The notes beneath the pieces are model-generated. The model was given only the letters and a program-made list of their open reading frames with translations, was not told the origin of the DNA and made no database searches. DNA of 64,000 nt from Eledone cirrhosa (taxonomy: Eukaryota). The translations under genes were made by a program, and so were the position numbers. This document shows, in pieces, positions 14,601-29,200 of the stretch. Within the stretch, counting starts at the first letter, position 1; each line of letters starts with the position of its first letter. The DNA lies in contig OZ024741.1 of the NCBI GenBank assembly GCA_964016885.1, forward strand, positions 211,916,001 through 211,980,000. Reading direction: 5' to 3'.

Positions 14601-17600
14601 TGATGTTATCATTGTTGTTGATGTTGATATCGTTGTTGATGTTGTTATTGTTGATGTTGTTATTGTTGTTGATGTTGTTATAGTTGTTGATGTTGTCATT
14701 GTTGTTGATGTTGTTATTGTTGTTGATGTTGTTATTGTTGTTGATGCTGTATTTGTTGTTGATGTTGTTATTGTTGTTGATGTTGTTATTGTTGTTGATG
14801 TTGTTATCGTTGTTGATGTTGTTATTGTTGTTGATGTTGTTATTGTTGTTGTCATTGTTGTTGATGTTGTCATTGTTGTTGGTGTTGTCATCGTTGTTGG
14901 TGTTGTCATTGTTGTTGATGTTGTTATTGTTGTTGATGTTGTCATTGTTGTTGATGTTGTCATTGTTGTTGATGTTGTCATTGTTGTTCATGTTGTCATT
15001 ATTGTTGATGTTGTTATTGTTGTTGATGTTGTTATTGTTGTTGATGTTGTCATTGTTGTTAATGTTGTTATTGTTGTTGATGTTGTTATTGTTGTTGGTG
15101 TTGTCATTGTTGTTGATGTTGTTATTGTTGTTGATGTTGTTATTGTTGTTGATGTTGTTATTGTTGTTGATGTCATTGTTGTTGATGTTGTTATTGTTGT
15201 TGATGTTGTCATTGTTGTTGATGTTGTTATTGTTGTTGGTGTTGTCATTGTTGTTGATGTTGTTATTGTTGTTGATGTTGTTATTGTTGTTGATGTTGTC
15301 ATCGTTGTTGATGTTGTCATTGTTGTTGATGTTGTTATTGTTGTTGATGTTTTCATTGTTGTTGATGTTGTTATTGTTGTTGATGTTGTCATTGTTGTTG
15401 ATGTTATTGTTGTTGATGTTGCTATTGTTGTTGATTTTTTTATCGTCGTTGATGTTGTTATAGTTGTTGATGTTGTCATTGTTGTTGATGTTGTTATTGT
15501 CGTTGATGTTGTCATTGTTGTTGATGTTGTCATTGTTGTTGATGTTGTTATTGTTGTTGATGTTGTTATTGTTGTTGATGTTGTCATTGTTGTTGATGTT
15601 GTCATTGTTGTTCATGTTGTCATTATTGTTGATGTTGTTATTGTTGTTGATGTTGTTATTGTTGTTGATGTTGTCATTGTTGTTGATGTTTTCATTGTTG
15701 TTGATGTTGTTATTGTTGTTGATGTTGTTATTGTTGTTGGTGTTGTCATTGTTGTTGATGTTGTTATTGTTGTTGATGTTGTTATTGTTGTTGATGTTGT
15801 TATTGTTGTTGATGTTGTTATTGTTGTTGATGTTGTTATTGTTGTTGATGTTGTCATTGTTGTTGATGTTGTTATTGTTGTTGATGTTGTCATTCTTGTT
15901 GATGTTGTCATTGTTGTTGGTGTTGTCATTGTTGTTGATGTTGTTATTGTTTATGATATTGTTATTGTTGTTGATGTTGTCATTGTTGTTGATGTTGTTA
16001 TTGTTGTTGATGTTGTTATTGTTGTTGATGTTGTCATTGTTGTTGATGTTGTTATTGTTGTTGATGTTGTCATTGTTGTTGATGTTGTTATTGTTGTTGA
16101 TGTTGTCATTGTTGTTGATGTTGTTATTGTTGTTGATGTTGTCATTGTTGTTGATGTTGTTATTGTTGTTGATGTTGTTATTGTTGTTAATGTTGTCATT
16201 GTTGTTGATGTTGTTATTATTGTTGATGTTGTTATTGTTGTTGATGTTGTTATTGTTGTTGATGTTGTTATTGTTGTTGATGTTGTTATTGTGGTTGATG
16301 TTGTTATTGTTGATGTTGTTATTGTTGTTGATGTTGTCATTGTTGTTGATGTTGTTATCGTTGTTGATGTTGTTATTGTTGATGTTGTTATTGTTGTTGA
16401 TGTTGTTATTGTTGTTGATGTTGTCATTGTTGTTGATGTTGTCATTGTTGTTGATGTTTTCATTGTTGTTGATGTTGTTATTGTTGTTGATGTTGTTATT
16501 GTTGTTGATGTTGTCATTGTTGTTGGTGTTTTCATTGTTGTCGATGTTGTTATTGTTGTTGATGTTGTTATTGTTGTTGGTGTTGTCATTGTTGTTGATG
16601 TTGTTATTGTTGTTGATGTTGTTATTGTTGTTGATGTTGTCATTGTTGTTGATGTTGTTATTTTTGTTGGTGTTCTCATTGTTGTTGATGTTGTTATTGT
16701 TGTTGATGTTGTCATTGTTGTTGATGTTGTTATTGTTGTTGATGTTGTTATTGTTGGTGATGTTGTTATTGTTGATGATGTTATTGTTGTTGATGTTGTC
16801 ATTGTTGTTGATGTTGTTCTTGTTGTTGATGTTGTCATTGTTGTTGATGTTGTCATTGTTGTTGATGTTGTTATTGTTGTTGATGTTGTCATTGTTATTG
16901 ATGTTGTTATTGTTGTTGATGTTGTTATTGTTGATGTTGTTATTGTTGTTGATGTTATCATTGTTGTTGATGTTGATATCGTTGTTGATGTTGTTATTGT
17001 TGATGTTGTTATTGTTGTTGATGTTGTTATTGTTGTTGATGTTGTTATTGTTGTTGATGTTGTCATTGTTGTTGATGTTGTCATTGTTGTTGATGTTGTC
17101 ATTGTTGTTGATGTTGTTATTGTTGTTGATGTTGTCATTGTTGTTGATGTTGTCATTGTTGTTGATGTTTTCATTGTTGTTGATGTTGTTATTGTTGTTG
17201 ATGTTGTTATTGTTGTTGATGTTGTTATTGTTGTTGATGTTGTCATTGTTGTTGATGTTGTTATTGTTGTTGATGTTGATATTGTTGTTGATGTTGTTGT
17301 TGTTGTTGTCATTGTTGTTGATGTTGTCATTGTTGTTGGTGTTGTCATTGTTGTTGGTGTTGTCATTGTTGTTGATGTTGTTATTGTTGTTGATGTTGTC
17401 ATTGTTGTTGATGTTGTTATTGTTGTTGATGTTGATATTGTTGTTGGTGTTGTCATTGTTGTTGATGTTGTTATTGTTGTTGATGTTGTTATTGTTGTTG
17501 ATGTTGTTATTGTTGTTGATGTTGTCATTGTTGTTGATGTTGTTATTGTTGATGATGTTGTTATTGTTGTTGATGTTGTTATTGTTGATGTTGTTATTGC

Positions 17601-20200
17601 TGTTGATGTTGTCATTGTTGTTGATGTTGTTATTGTCGTTGATGTTGTCATTGTTGTTGATGTTGTCATTGTTGTTGATGTTGTTATTGTTGTTGATGTT
17701 GTTATTGTTGTTGATGTTGTCATTGTTGTTGATGTTGTCATTGTTGTTGATGTTGTCATTATTGTTGATGTTGTTATTGTTGTTGATGTTGTTATTGTTG
17801 TTGATGTTGTCATTGTTGTTGATGTTTTCATTCTTGTTGATGTTGTTATTGTTGTTGATGTTGTTATTGTTGTTGGTGTTGTCATTGTTGTTGATGTTGT
17901 TATTGTTGTTGATGTTGTTATTGTTGTTGATGTTGTTATTGTTGTTGATGTTGTCATTGTTGTTGATGTTGTTATTGTTGTTGATGTTGTTATTGTTGTT
18001 GATGTTGTTATTGTTGTTGATGTTGTCATTGTTGTTGATGTTGTTATTGTTGTTGATGTTGTCATTGTTGTTGATGTTGTTGGTGTTGTCATTGTTGTTG
18101 ATGTTGTTATTGTTGTTGATGTTGTTATTGTTGTTGATGTTGTCATTGTTGTTGATGTTGTCATTGTTGTTGATGTTGTTATTGTTGTTGATGTTGTCAT
18201 TGTTGCTGATGTTGTTATTGTTGTTGGTGTTGTCATTGTTGTTGATGATGTTATTGTTGTTGATGTTGTTATTGTTGTTGATGTTGTCATTGTTGTTGAT
18301 GTTGTCATTGTTGTTGATGTTGTTATTGTTGTTGATGTTGTTATTGTTGTTGATGTTGTTATTGTTGTTGATGTTGTCATTGTTGTTGATGTTGTTATTG
18401 TTGTTGATGATGTTATTGTTGTTGATGTTGTCATTGTTGTTGATGTTGTTATTATTGTTGATGTTGTTATTGTTGTTGATGTTGTTATTGTTGTTGATGT
18501 TGTTATTGTTATTCATGTTGTTATTGTGGTTGATGTTGTTATTGTTGATGATGTTGTTATTGTTGTTGATGTTATTATTGTTGTTGATGTTGTCATTGTT
18601 GTTGATGTTGTCATTGTTGTTGATGTTTTCATTGTTGTTGATGTTGTTATTGTTGTTGATGTTGTTATTGTTGTTGATGTTGTCATTGTTGTTGATGTTG
18701 TTATTGTTGTTGATGTTGTTATTGTTGTTGATGTTGTTATTGTTATTGATGTTGTTATTGTTGTTGAGGTTGTCATTGTTGTTGATGTTGTTATTGTTGT
18801 TGATGTTGTTATTGTTGTTGATGTTGTTATTGTTGTTGTCATTGTTGTTGATGTTGTCATTGTTGTTGGTGTTGTCATTGTTGTTGGTGTTGTCATTGTT
18901 GTTGATGTTGTTATTGTTGTTGATGTTGTCATTGTTGTTGATGTTGTTATTGTTGTTGATGTTGTTATCGTTGTTGATGTTGTTATTGTTGTTGATGTTG
19001 TTATTGTTGTTGATGTTGTTATTGTTGATGTTGTTATTGCTGTTGATGTTGTCATTGTTGTTGATGTTGTTATTGTCGTTGATGTTGTCATTGTTGTTGA
19101 TGTTGTCATTGTTGTTGATGTTGTTATTGTTGTTGATGTTCTTATTGTTGTTGATGTTCTTATTGTTGTTGATGTTGTTATTGTTGTTGATGTTGTCATT
19201 GTTGTTGATGTTGTTATTGGTGTTGATGTTGTTATTGTTGTTGATGTTGTCATTGTTGTTGATGTTGTTATTGTTGTTGATGTTGTTATTGTTGTTGATT
19301 TTGTTATCGTAGTTGATGTTGTTATAGTTGTTGATGTTGTCATTGTTGTTGATGTTGTTATCGTTGTTGATGTTGTTATTGTTGTTGATGCTGTTATTGT
19401 TGTTGATGTTGTTATTGTTGTTGATGTTGTTATTGTTGATGTTGTTATTGCTGTTGATGTTGTCATTGTTGTTGATGTTGTTATAGTCGTTGATGTTGTC
19501 ATTGTTGTTGATGTTGTCATTCTTGTTGATGTTGTTATTGTTGTTATTGTTGTTGATGTTGTTATTGTTGTTGATGTTGTCATTGTTGTTGATGTTGTCA
19601 TTGTTGTTCATGTTGTCATTATTGTTGATGTTGTTATTGTTGTTGATGTTGTTATTGTTGTTGATGTTGTCATTGTTGTTGATGTTTTCATTGTTGTTGA
19701 TGTTGTTATTGTTGTTGATGTTGTCATTGTCGTTGATGTTGTTATTGTTGTTGACGTTGTCATTGTTGTTGATGTTGTTATTGATGTTGGTGTTGTCATT
19801 GTTGTTGATGTTGTTATTGTTGTTGATGTTGTTATTGTTGTTGATGTTGTCATCGTTGTTGATGTTGTCATTGTTGTTGATGTTGTTATTGTTGGTGATG
19901 TTGTTATTGTTGATGTTGTTATTGTTGTTGATGTTGTCATTGTTGTTGATGTTGTTATTGTTGATGTTGTTATTGTTGTTGATGTTGTTATTGTTGTTGA
20001 TGTTTTTATTGTTGTTGATGTTGTCATTGTTGTTGATGTTGTCATTGTTGTTGATGTTGTCATTGCTGTTGATGTTGTTATTGTTGTTGATGTTGTCATT
20101 GTTGTTGATGTTGTTATTGTTGGTGATGTTGTTATTGTTGATGTTGTTATTGTTGTTGATGTTGTCATTGTTGTTGATGTTGTTCTTGTTGTTGATGTTG
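1..20200. repeat. Higher-order duplication of ~10-10.9 kb within the satellite (about two copies)
   Basis: Rare variants recur at fixed offsets: gtcact at ~256 and ~11,105; tttatgatattgtaatt at 1,421 and 12,271 (10,850); the +1 phase shift 'atatgttgat' at ~3,667 and ~14,565; identical artefact ORFs at 3,786 and 14,684 (10,898); atcgtagtt at ~9,356 and ~19,306 (~9,950). Confidence 0.85.
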
Positions 20201-23200
20201 TCATTGTTGTTGATGTTGTCATTGTTGTTGATGTTGTTATTGTTGTTGATGTTGTCATTGTTGTTGATGTTGTTATTGTTGTTGATGTTGTTATTGTTGA
20301 TGTTGTTATTGTTGTTGATGTTATCATTGTTGTTGATGTTGATATCGTTGTTGATGTTGTCATTGTTGTTGATGTTGTCATTGCTGTTGATGTTGTTATT
20401 GTTGTTGATGTTGTCATTGTTGTTGATGTTGTTATTGTTGTTGATGTTGTTATTGTTGTTGATGTTGTTATTGTTGTTGTCATTGTTGTTGATGTTGTCA
20501 TTGTTGTTGGTGTTGTCATTGTTGCTGGTGTTGTCATTGTTGTTGATGTTGTTATTGTTGTTGATGTTGTCATTGTCGTTGATGTTGTTATTGTTGTTGA
20601 TTTTGTTATTGTTGTTGATGTTGTTATTGTTGTTGATGTTGTTATTGTTGTTGATGTTGTCATTGTTGTTGATGTTGTTATTGGTGTTCATGTTGTTATT
20701 GTTGTTGATGTTGTCATTGTTGTTGATGTTGTTATTGTTGTTGATGTTGTTATTGTTGTTGATGTTGTTATTGTTGTTGTCATTGTTGTTGATGTTGTCA
20801 TTGTTGTTGATGTTGTCATTGTTGTTGGTGTTGTCATTGTTGCTGGTGTTGTCATTGTTGTTGATGTTGTTATTGTTGTTGATGTTGGTATTGTTGTTGA
20901 TGTTGTTATCGTCGTTGATGTTGTTATAGTTGTTGATGTTGTCATTGTTGTTGATGTTGTTATTGTTGTTGATGTTGTTATTGTTGTTGATGCTGTTATT
21001 GTTGTTGATGTTGTTATTGTTGTTGATGTTGTTATTGTTGTTGATGTTGTTATCGTTGTTGATGTTGTTATTGTTGTTGATGTTGTTATTGTTGTTGATG
21101 TTGTTATTGTTGATGTTGTTATTGCTGTTGATGATGTCATTGTTGTTGATGTTGTTATTGTCGTTGATGTTGTCATTGTTGTTGATGTTGTCATTGTTGT
21201 TGATGTTGTTATTGTTGTTGATGTTGTTATTGTTGTTGTTGTTGTCATTGTTGTTGGTGTTGTCATTGTTGTTGATGTTATTATTGTTGTTGATGTTGTT
21301 ATTGTTGTTGATGTTGTTATTGTTGTTGATGTTATTATTGTTGTTGATGTTGTTATTGTTGTTGATGTTGTCATTGTTGTTGATGTTGTCATTATTGTTG
21401 ATGTTGTTATTGTTGTTGATGTTGTTATTGTTGTTGATGTTGTTATTGTTGTTGATGTTGTCATTGTTGTTGATGTTGTCATTGTTGTTGATGTTTTCAT
21501 TGTTGTTGATGTTGTTATTGTTGTTGATGTTGTTATTGTTGTTGGTGTTGTCATTGTTGTTGATGTTGTTATTGTTGTTGATGTTGTTATTGTTGTTGAT
21601 GTTGTTATTGTTGTTGATGTTGTCATTGTTGTTGATGTTGTTATTGTTGTTGATGTTGTTATTGTTGTTGATGTTGTTATTGTTGTTGATGTTGTCATTG
21701 TTGTTGATGTTGTTATTGTTGTTGATGTTGTCATTGTTGTTGATGTTGTTATTGTTGTTGGTGTTGTCATTGTTGTTGATGTTGTTATTGTTGTTGATGT
21801 TGTTATTGTTGTTGATGTTGTCATTGTTGTTGATGTTGTTGGTGTTGTCATTGTTGTTGATGTTGTTATTGTTGTTGATGTTGTTATTGTTGTTGATGTT
21901 GTCATTGTTGTTGATGTTGTCATTGTTGTTGATGTTGTTATTGTTGTTGATGTTGTCATTGTTGCTGATGTTGTTATTGTTGTTGGTGTTGTCATTGTTG
22001 TTGATGATGTTATTGTTGTTGATGTTGTTATTGTTGTTGATGTTGTCATTGTTGTTGATGTTGTCATTGTTGTTGATGTTGTTATTGTTGTTGATGTTGT
22101 TATTGTTGTTGATGTTGTTATTGTTGTTGATGTTGTCATTGTTGTTGATGTTGTTATTGTTGTTGATGATGTTATTGTTGTTGATGTTGTCATTGTTGTT
22201 GATGTTGTTATTATTGTTGATGTTGTTATTGTTGTTGATGTTGTTATTGTTGTTGATGTTGTTATTGTTATTCATGTTGTTATTGTGGTTGATGTTGTTA
22301 TTGTTGATGATGTTGTTATTGTTGTTGATGTTATTATTGTTGTTGATGTTGTCATTGTTGTTGATGTTGTCATTGTTGTTGATGTTTTCATTGTTGTTGA
22401 TGTTGTTATTGTTGTTGATGTTGTTATTGTTGTTGATGTTGTCATTGTTGTTGATGTTGTTATTGTTGTTGATGTTGTTATTGTTGTTGATGTTGTTATT
22501 GTTATTGATGTTGTTATTGTTGTTGAGGTTGTCATTGTTGTTGATGTTGTTATTGTTGTTGATGTTGTTATTGTTGTTGATGTTGTTATTGTTGTTGTCA
22601 TTGTTGTTGATGTTGTCATTGTTGTTGGTGTTGTCATTGTTGTTGGTGTTGTCATTGTTGTTGATGTTGTTATTGTTGTTGATGTTGTCATTGTTGTTGA
22701 TGTTGTTATTGTTGTTGATGTTGTTATCGTTGTTGATGTTGTTATTGTTGTTGATGTTGTTATTGTTGTTGATGTTGTTATTGTTGATGTTGTTATTGCT
22801 GTTGATGTTGTCATTGTTGTTGATGTTGTTATTGTTGTTGATGTTGTTATTGTTGTTGATGTTGCCATTGTTGTTGATGTTGTTATTGTTGGTGATGTTG
22901 TTATTGTTGATGTTGTTATTGTTGTTGATGTTGTCATTGTTGTTGATGTTGTTCTTGTTGTTGATGTTGTCATTGTTGTTGATGTTGTTATTGTTGTTGT
23001 CATTGTTGTTGATGTTGTCATTGTTGTTGATGTTGTTATTGTTGTTGATGTTGTCATTGTTGTTGATGTTGTTATTGTTGTTGATGTTGTCATTGTTGTT
23101 GATGTTGTTATTGTTGTTGTCATTGTTGTTGATGTTGTCATTGTTGTTGATGTTGTTATTGTTGTTGATGTTGTTATTGTTGTTGGTGCTGTCATTGTTG

Positions 23201-26200
23201 TTGATGTTGTTATTGTTGTTGATGTTGTTATTGTTGTTGATGTTGTTATTGTTGTTGATGTTGTCATTGTTGTTGATGTTGTTAATGTTGTTGATGTTGT
23301 CATTCTTGTTGATGTTGTCATTGTTGTTGGTGTTGTCATTGTTGTTGATGTTGTTATTGTTTATGATATTGTTATTGTTGTTGATGTTGTCATTATTGTT
23401 GATGTTGTTATTGTTGTTGATGTTGTTATTGTTGTTGATGTTGTTATTGTTGTTGACGTTGTCATTGTTGTTGATGTTGTTATTGATGTTGGTGTTGTCA
23501 TTGTTGTTGATGTTGTTATTGTTGTTGATGTTGTTATTGTTGTTGATGTTGTCATCGTTGTTGATGTTGTCATTGTTGTTGATGTTGTTATTGTTGTTGA
23601 TGTTGTCATTGTTGTTGATGTTGTTATTGTTGGTGATGTTGTTATTGTTGATGTTGTTATTGTTGTTGATGTTGTCATTGTTGTTGATGTTGTTATTGTT
23701 GATGTTGTTATTGTTGTTGATGTTGTTATTGTTGTTGATGTTTTTATTGTTGTTGATGTTGTCATTGTTGTTGATGTTGTCATTGTTGTTGATGTTGTCA
23801 TTGCTGTTGATGTTGTTATTGTTGTTGATGTTGTCATTGTTGTTGATGTTGTTATTGTTGGTGATGTTGTTATTGTTGATGTTGTTACTGTTGTTGATGT
23901 TGTCATTGTTGTTGATGTTGTTCTTGTTGTTGATGTTGTCATTGTTGTTGATGTTGTCATTGTTGTTGATGTTGTTATTGTTGTTGATGTTGTCATTGTT
24001 GTTGATGTTGTTATTGTTGTTGATGTTGTTATTGTTGATGTTGTTATTGTTGTTGATGTTATCATTGTTGTTGATGTTGATATCGTTGTTGATGTTGTCA
24101 TTGTTGTTGATGTTGTCATTGCTGTTGATGTTGTTATTGTTGTTGATGTTGTCATTGTTGTTGATGTTGTTATTGTTGTTGATGTTGTTATTGTTGTTTA
24201 TGTTGTTATTGTTGTTGTCATTGTTGTTGATGTTGTCATTGTTGTTGGTGTTGTCATTGTTGCTGGTGTTGTCATTGTTGTTGATGTTGTTATTGTTGTT
24301 GATGTTGTCATTGTCGTTGATGTTGTTATTGTTGTTGATTTTGTTATTGTTGTTGATGTTGTTATTGTTGTTGATGTTGTTATTGTTGTTGATGTTGTCA
24401 TTGTTGTTGATGTTGTTATTGGTGTTCATGTTGTTATTGTTGTTGATGTTGTCATTGTTGTTGATGTTGTTATTGTTGTTGATGTTGTTATTGTTGTTGA
24501 TGTTGTTATTGTTGTTGTCATTGTTGTTGATGTTGTCATTGTTGTTGGTGTTGTCATTGTTGCTGGTGTTGTCATTGTTGTTGATGTTGTTATTGTTGTT
24601 GATGTTGGTATTGTTGTTGATGTTGTTATCGTCGTTGATGTTGTTATAGTTGTTGATGTTGTCATTGTTGTTGATGTTGTTATTGTTGTTGATGTTGTTA
24701 TTGTTGTTGATGCTGTTATTGTTGTTGATGTTGTTATTGTTGTTGATGTTGTTATTGTTGTTGATGTTGTTATCGTTGTTGATGTTGTTTTTGTTGTTGA
24801 TGTTGTTATTGTTGTTGATGTTGTTATTGTTGATGTTGTTATTGCTGTTGATGATGTCATTGTTGTTGATGTTGTTATTGTCGTTGATGTTGTCATTGTT
24901 GTTGATGTTGTCATTGTTGTTGATGTTGTTATTGTTGTTGATGTTGTTATTGTTGTTGTTGTTGTCATTGTTGTTGGTGTTGTCATTGTTGTTGATGTTA
25001 TTATTGTTGTTGATGTTGTTATTGTTGTTGATGTTGTTATTGTTGTTGATGTTATTATTGTTGTTGATGTTGTTATTGTTATTGATGTTGTCATTGTTGT
25101 TGATGTTGTCATTATTGTTGATGTTGTTATTGTTGTTGATGTTGTTATTGTTGTTGATGTTGTCATTGTTGTTGATGTTTTCATTGTTGTTGATGTTGTT
25201 ATTGTTGTTGATGTTGTTATTGTTGTTGATGTTGTTATCGTTCTTGATGTTGTTGATGTTGTTATTGTTGTCGATGTTGTCATTGTTGTTGATGTTGTTA
25301 TTGTTGTTGATGTTGTCATTGTTGTTGATGTTGTTATTGTTGTTGATGTTGTTATTGTTGTTGATGTTGTTATTGTTGTTGATGTTGTCATTGTTGTTGA
25401 TGTTGTTATCGTTGTTGATATTGCTATTGTTGATGTTGTTATTGTTGTTGATGTTGTCATTGTTGTTGATGTAGTCATTGTTGTTGATGCTCTTATTGTT
25501 GTTGATGTTGTTATTGTTGTTGATGTTGTTATTGTTGTTGATGTTGTCATTGTTGTTGATGTTGTCATTGTTGTTGATGTTGTCATTGTTGTTGATGTTG
25601 TCATTGTTGTTGATGTTGTTATTGTTGTTGATGTTGTTATTGTTGTTGATGTTGTTATTGTTGTTGATGTTGTTATTGTTGGTGATGTTGTCATTGTTGT
25701 TGATGTTGTTATTGTTGTTGATGTTGTTATTGTTGTTGATGTTGTTATTGTTGTTGATGTTGTTATTGTTGTTGATGTTGTTATTGTTGGTGATGTTGTC
25801 ATTGTTATTGATGTTGTTATTGTTGTTGATGTTGTCATTGTTGTTGATGTTGTTATAGTTGTTGATGTTGTCATTGTTGTTGATGTTGTCATTGTTGTTG
25901 ATGTTGTTATAGTTGTTGATGTTGTCATTGTTGTTGATGTTGTCATTGTTGTTGATGTTGTTATTGTTGTTGATGTTGTTATTGTTGTTGATGTTGTCAT
26001 TGTTGTTGATGTTGTTATTGTTGTTGATGTTGTTATTGTTGTTGATGTTGTTATTGTTGTTGATGTTGTTATTGTTGGTGATGTTGTCATTGTTCTTGAT
26101 GTTGTTATTGTTGTTGATGTTGTCATTGTTGTTGATGTTGTTATTGTTGGTGATGTTGTCATTGTTGTTGATGTTGTTATTGTTGTTGATGTTGTTATTG

Positions 26201-29200
26201 TTGTTGATGTTGTTATTGTTGTTGATGTTGTTATTGTTGGTGATGTTGTCATTGTTGTTGATGTTGTCATTGTTGTTGATGTTGTTATTGTTGTTGATGT
26301 TGTCATTGTTTTTGATGTTGTTATTGTTGTTGATGTTGTTATTGTTGTTGGTGTTTTCATTGTTGTTGATGTTGTTATTGTTGTTGATGTTGTTATTGTT
26401 GTTGTCATTGTTGTTGATGTTGTTATTGTTGTTGATGTTGTTATTGATGTTGATGTTGTTATTGTTGTTGATGTTGTAATTGTTGTTGATGTTGTCATTG
26501 TTGTTGATGTTGTTATTGTTGTTGATGTTGTTATTGTTGTTGATGTTGTTATTGTTGTTGATGTTGTTATCGTTGTTGATGTTGTCATTGTTGTTGATGT
26601 TGTCATTGTTGTTGATGTTGTTATTGTTGTTGATGTTATTGTTGTTGATGTTGTTATCGTTGTTGATGTTGTTATTGTTGTTGATGTTGTCGTTGTTGTT
26701 GATTTTGTTATTGTTGTTGATGTTGTCATTGTTTTTGATGTTGTTATTGTTGTTGGTGTTGTCATTGTTGTTGATGTTGTTATTGTTGTTGATGTTGTTA
26801 TTGTTGTTGGTGTTTTCATTGTTGTTGATGTTGTTATTGTTGTTGATGTTGATATTGTTGTTCGTGTTGTCATTGTTATTGATGTTGTTATTGTTGTTGA
26901 TGTTGTTATTGTTGTTGATGTTGTTATTGTTGTTGATGTTGTCATTGTTGTTGATGTTGTCATTGTTGTTGATGTTGTCATTGTTGTTGATGTTGTTATT
27001 GTTGTTGATGTTGTTATTGTTGTTGATGTTGTTATTGTTGTTGATGTTGTCATTGTTGTTGATGTTGTTATTGTTGTTGATGTTGTCATTGTTGTTGATG
27101 TTGTTATTGTTGTTGATGTTGTTATTGTTGTTGATGTTGTTATTGTTGTTGATGTTGTTATTTTTGTTGATGTTGTTATTGTTGTTGAGACTGTTATTGT
27201 TGTTGATGTTGTCATTGTTGTTGATGTTGTTATCGTTGTTGATGTTGCTATTGTTGATGTTGTTATTGTTGTTGATGTTGTCATTGTTGTTGATGTAGTC
27301 ATTGTTGTTGATGTTGTTAATGTTGTTGATGTTGTTATTGTTGTTGATGTTGTCATTGTTGTTGATGTTGTGATTGTTGTTGATGTTGTTATTGTTGTTG
27401 ATGTCGTTATTGTTGTTGATGTTGTTGTTGTTGGTGATGTTGTCATTGTTGTTGATGTTGTCATTGTTTTTGATGTTGTTATTGTTGTTGATGTTGTTAT
27501 TGTTGTTGGTGTTTTCATTGTTGTTGATGTTGTTATTGTTGTTGATGTTGTTATTGTTGTTGTCATTGTTGTCATTGTTGTTATTGTTGTTGATGTTGTT
27601 ATTGATGTTGATGTTGTTATTGTTGTTGATGTTGTAATTGTTGTTGATGTTGTCATTGTTGTTGATGTTGTTATTGTTGTTGATGTTGTTATTGTTGTTG
27701 ATGTTGTTATCGTTGTTGATGTTGTCATTGTTGTTGATGTTGTCATTGTTGTTGATGTTGTTATTGTTGTTGATGTTATTGTTGTTGATGTTGTTATCGT
27801 TGTTGATGTTGTTATTGTTGTTGATGTTGTCGTTGTTGTTGATTTTGTTATTGTTGTTGATGTTGTCATTGTTTTTGATGTTGTTATTGTTGTTGGTGTT
27901 GTCATTGTTGTTGATGTTGTTATTGTTGTTGAGGGTGTTATTGTTGTTGATGTTGTTATTGTTGTTGATGTTGTCATTGTTGTTGATGTTGTTATTGTTG
28001 TTGACATTGTCATTGTTGTTGGTGTTGTCATTGATGTTGGTGTTGTCATTGTTGTTGATGTTGTCATTGTTGTTGATGTTGTTATTGTTGTTGATGTTGC
28101 TATTGTTGTTGATGTTGTCATTGTTGTTGATGTTGTTATTGTTGTTGATGTTGTCATTGTTGTTGATGTTGTCATTGTTGTTGATGTTGTTATTGTTGTT
28201 GATGTTGTTATTGTTGTTGATGTTGTCATTGTTGTTGATGTTGTTATTGTTGTTGATGTTGTCATTGTTGTTGATGTTGTTATTGTTGTTGATGTTGTTT
28301 TTGTTGTTGATGTTGTTATTGTTGTTGATGTTGTTATTGTTGTTGATGTTGTCATTGTTGTTGATGTTGTTATTGTTGTTGATGTTGTTATTGTTGTTGA
28401 TGTCATTGTTGTTGATGTTGTTATTGTTTTTGATGTTGTCATTGTTGTTGATGTTGATATTGTTGTTGATGTTGTTATTGTTGTTGATGTTGTCATTGTT
28501 GTTGATGTTGTCATTGTTGTTGATGTTGTTATTGTTGTTGATGTTGTTATTGTTGTTGATGTTGTTGATGTTGTTATTGTTGTCGATGTTGTCATTGTTG
28601 TTGATGTTGTTATTGTTGTTGATGTTGTCATTGTTGTTGATGTTGTTATTGTTGTTGATGTTGTTATTGTTGTTGATGTTGTTATTGTTGTTGATGTTGT
28701 TATTGTTGTTGATGTTGTCATTGTTGTTGATGTTGTTATCGTTGTTGATATTGCTATTGTTGATGTTGTTATTGTTGTTGATGTTGTCATTGTTGTTGAT
28801 GTAGTCATTGTTGTTGATGTTCTTATTGTTGTTGATGTTGTTATTGTTGTTGATGTTGTCATTGTTGTTGATGTTGTCATTGTTGTTGATGTTGTCATTG
28901 TTGTTGATGTTGTCATTGTTGTTGATGTTGTCATTGTTGTTGATGTTGTTATTGTTGTTGATGTTGTTATTGTTGTTGATGTTGTTATTGTTGTTGATGT
29001 TGTTATTGTTGGTGATGTTGTCATTGTTGTTGATGTTGTTATTGTTGTTGATGTTGTTATTGTTGTTGATGTTGTTATTGTTGTTGATGTTGTTATTGTT
29101 GTTGATGTTGTTATTGTTGGTGATGTTGTCATTGTTATTGATGTTGTTATTGTTGTTGATGTTGTCATTGTTGTTGATGTTGTTATAGTTGTTGATGTTG

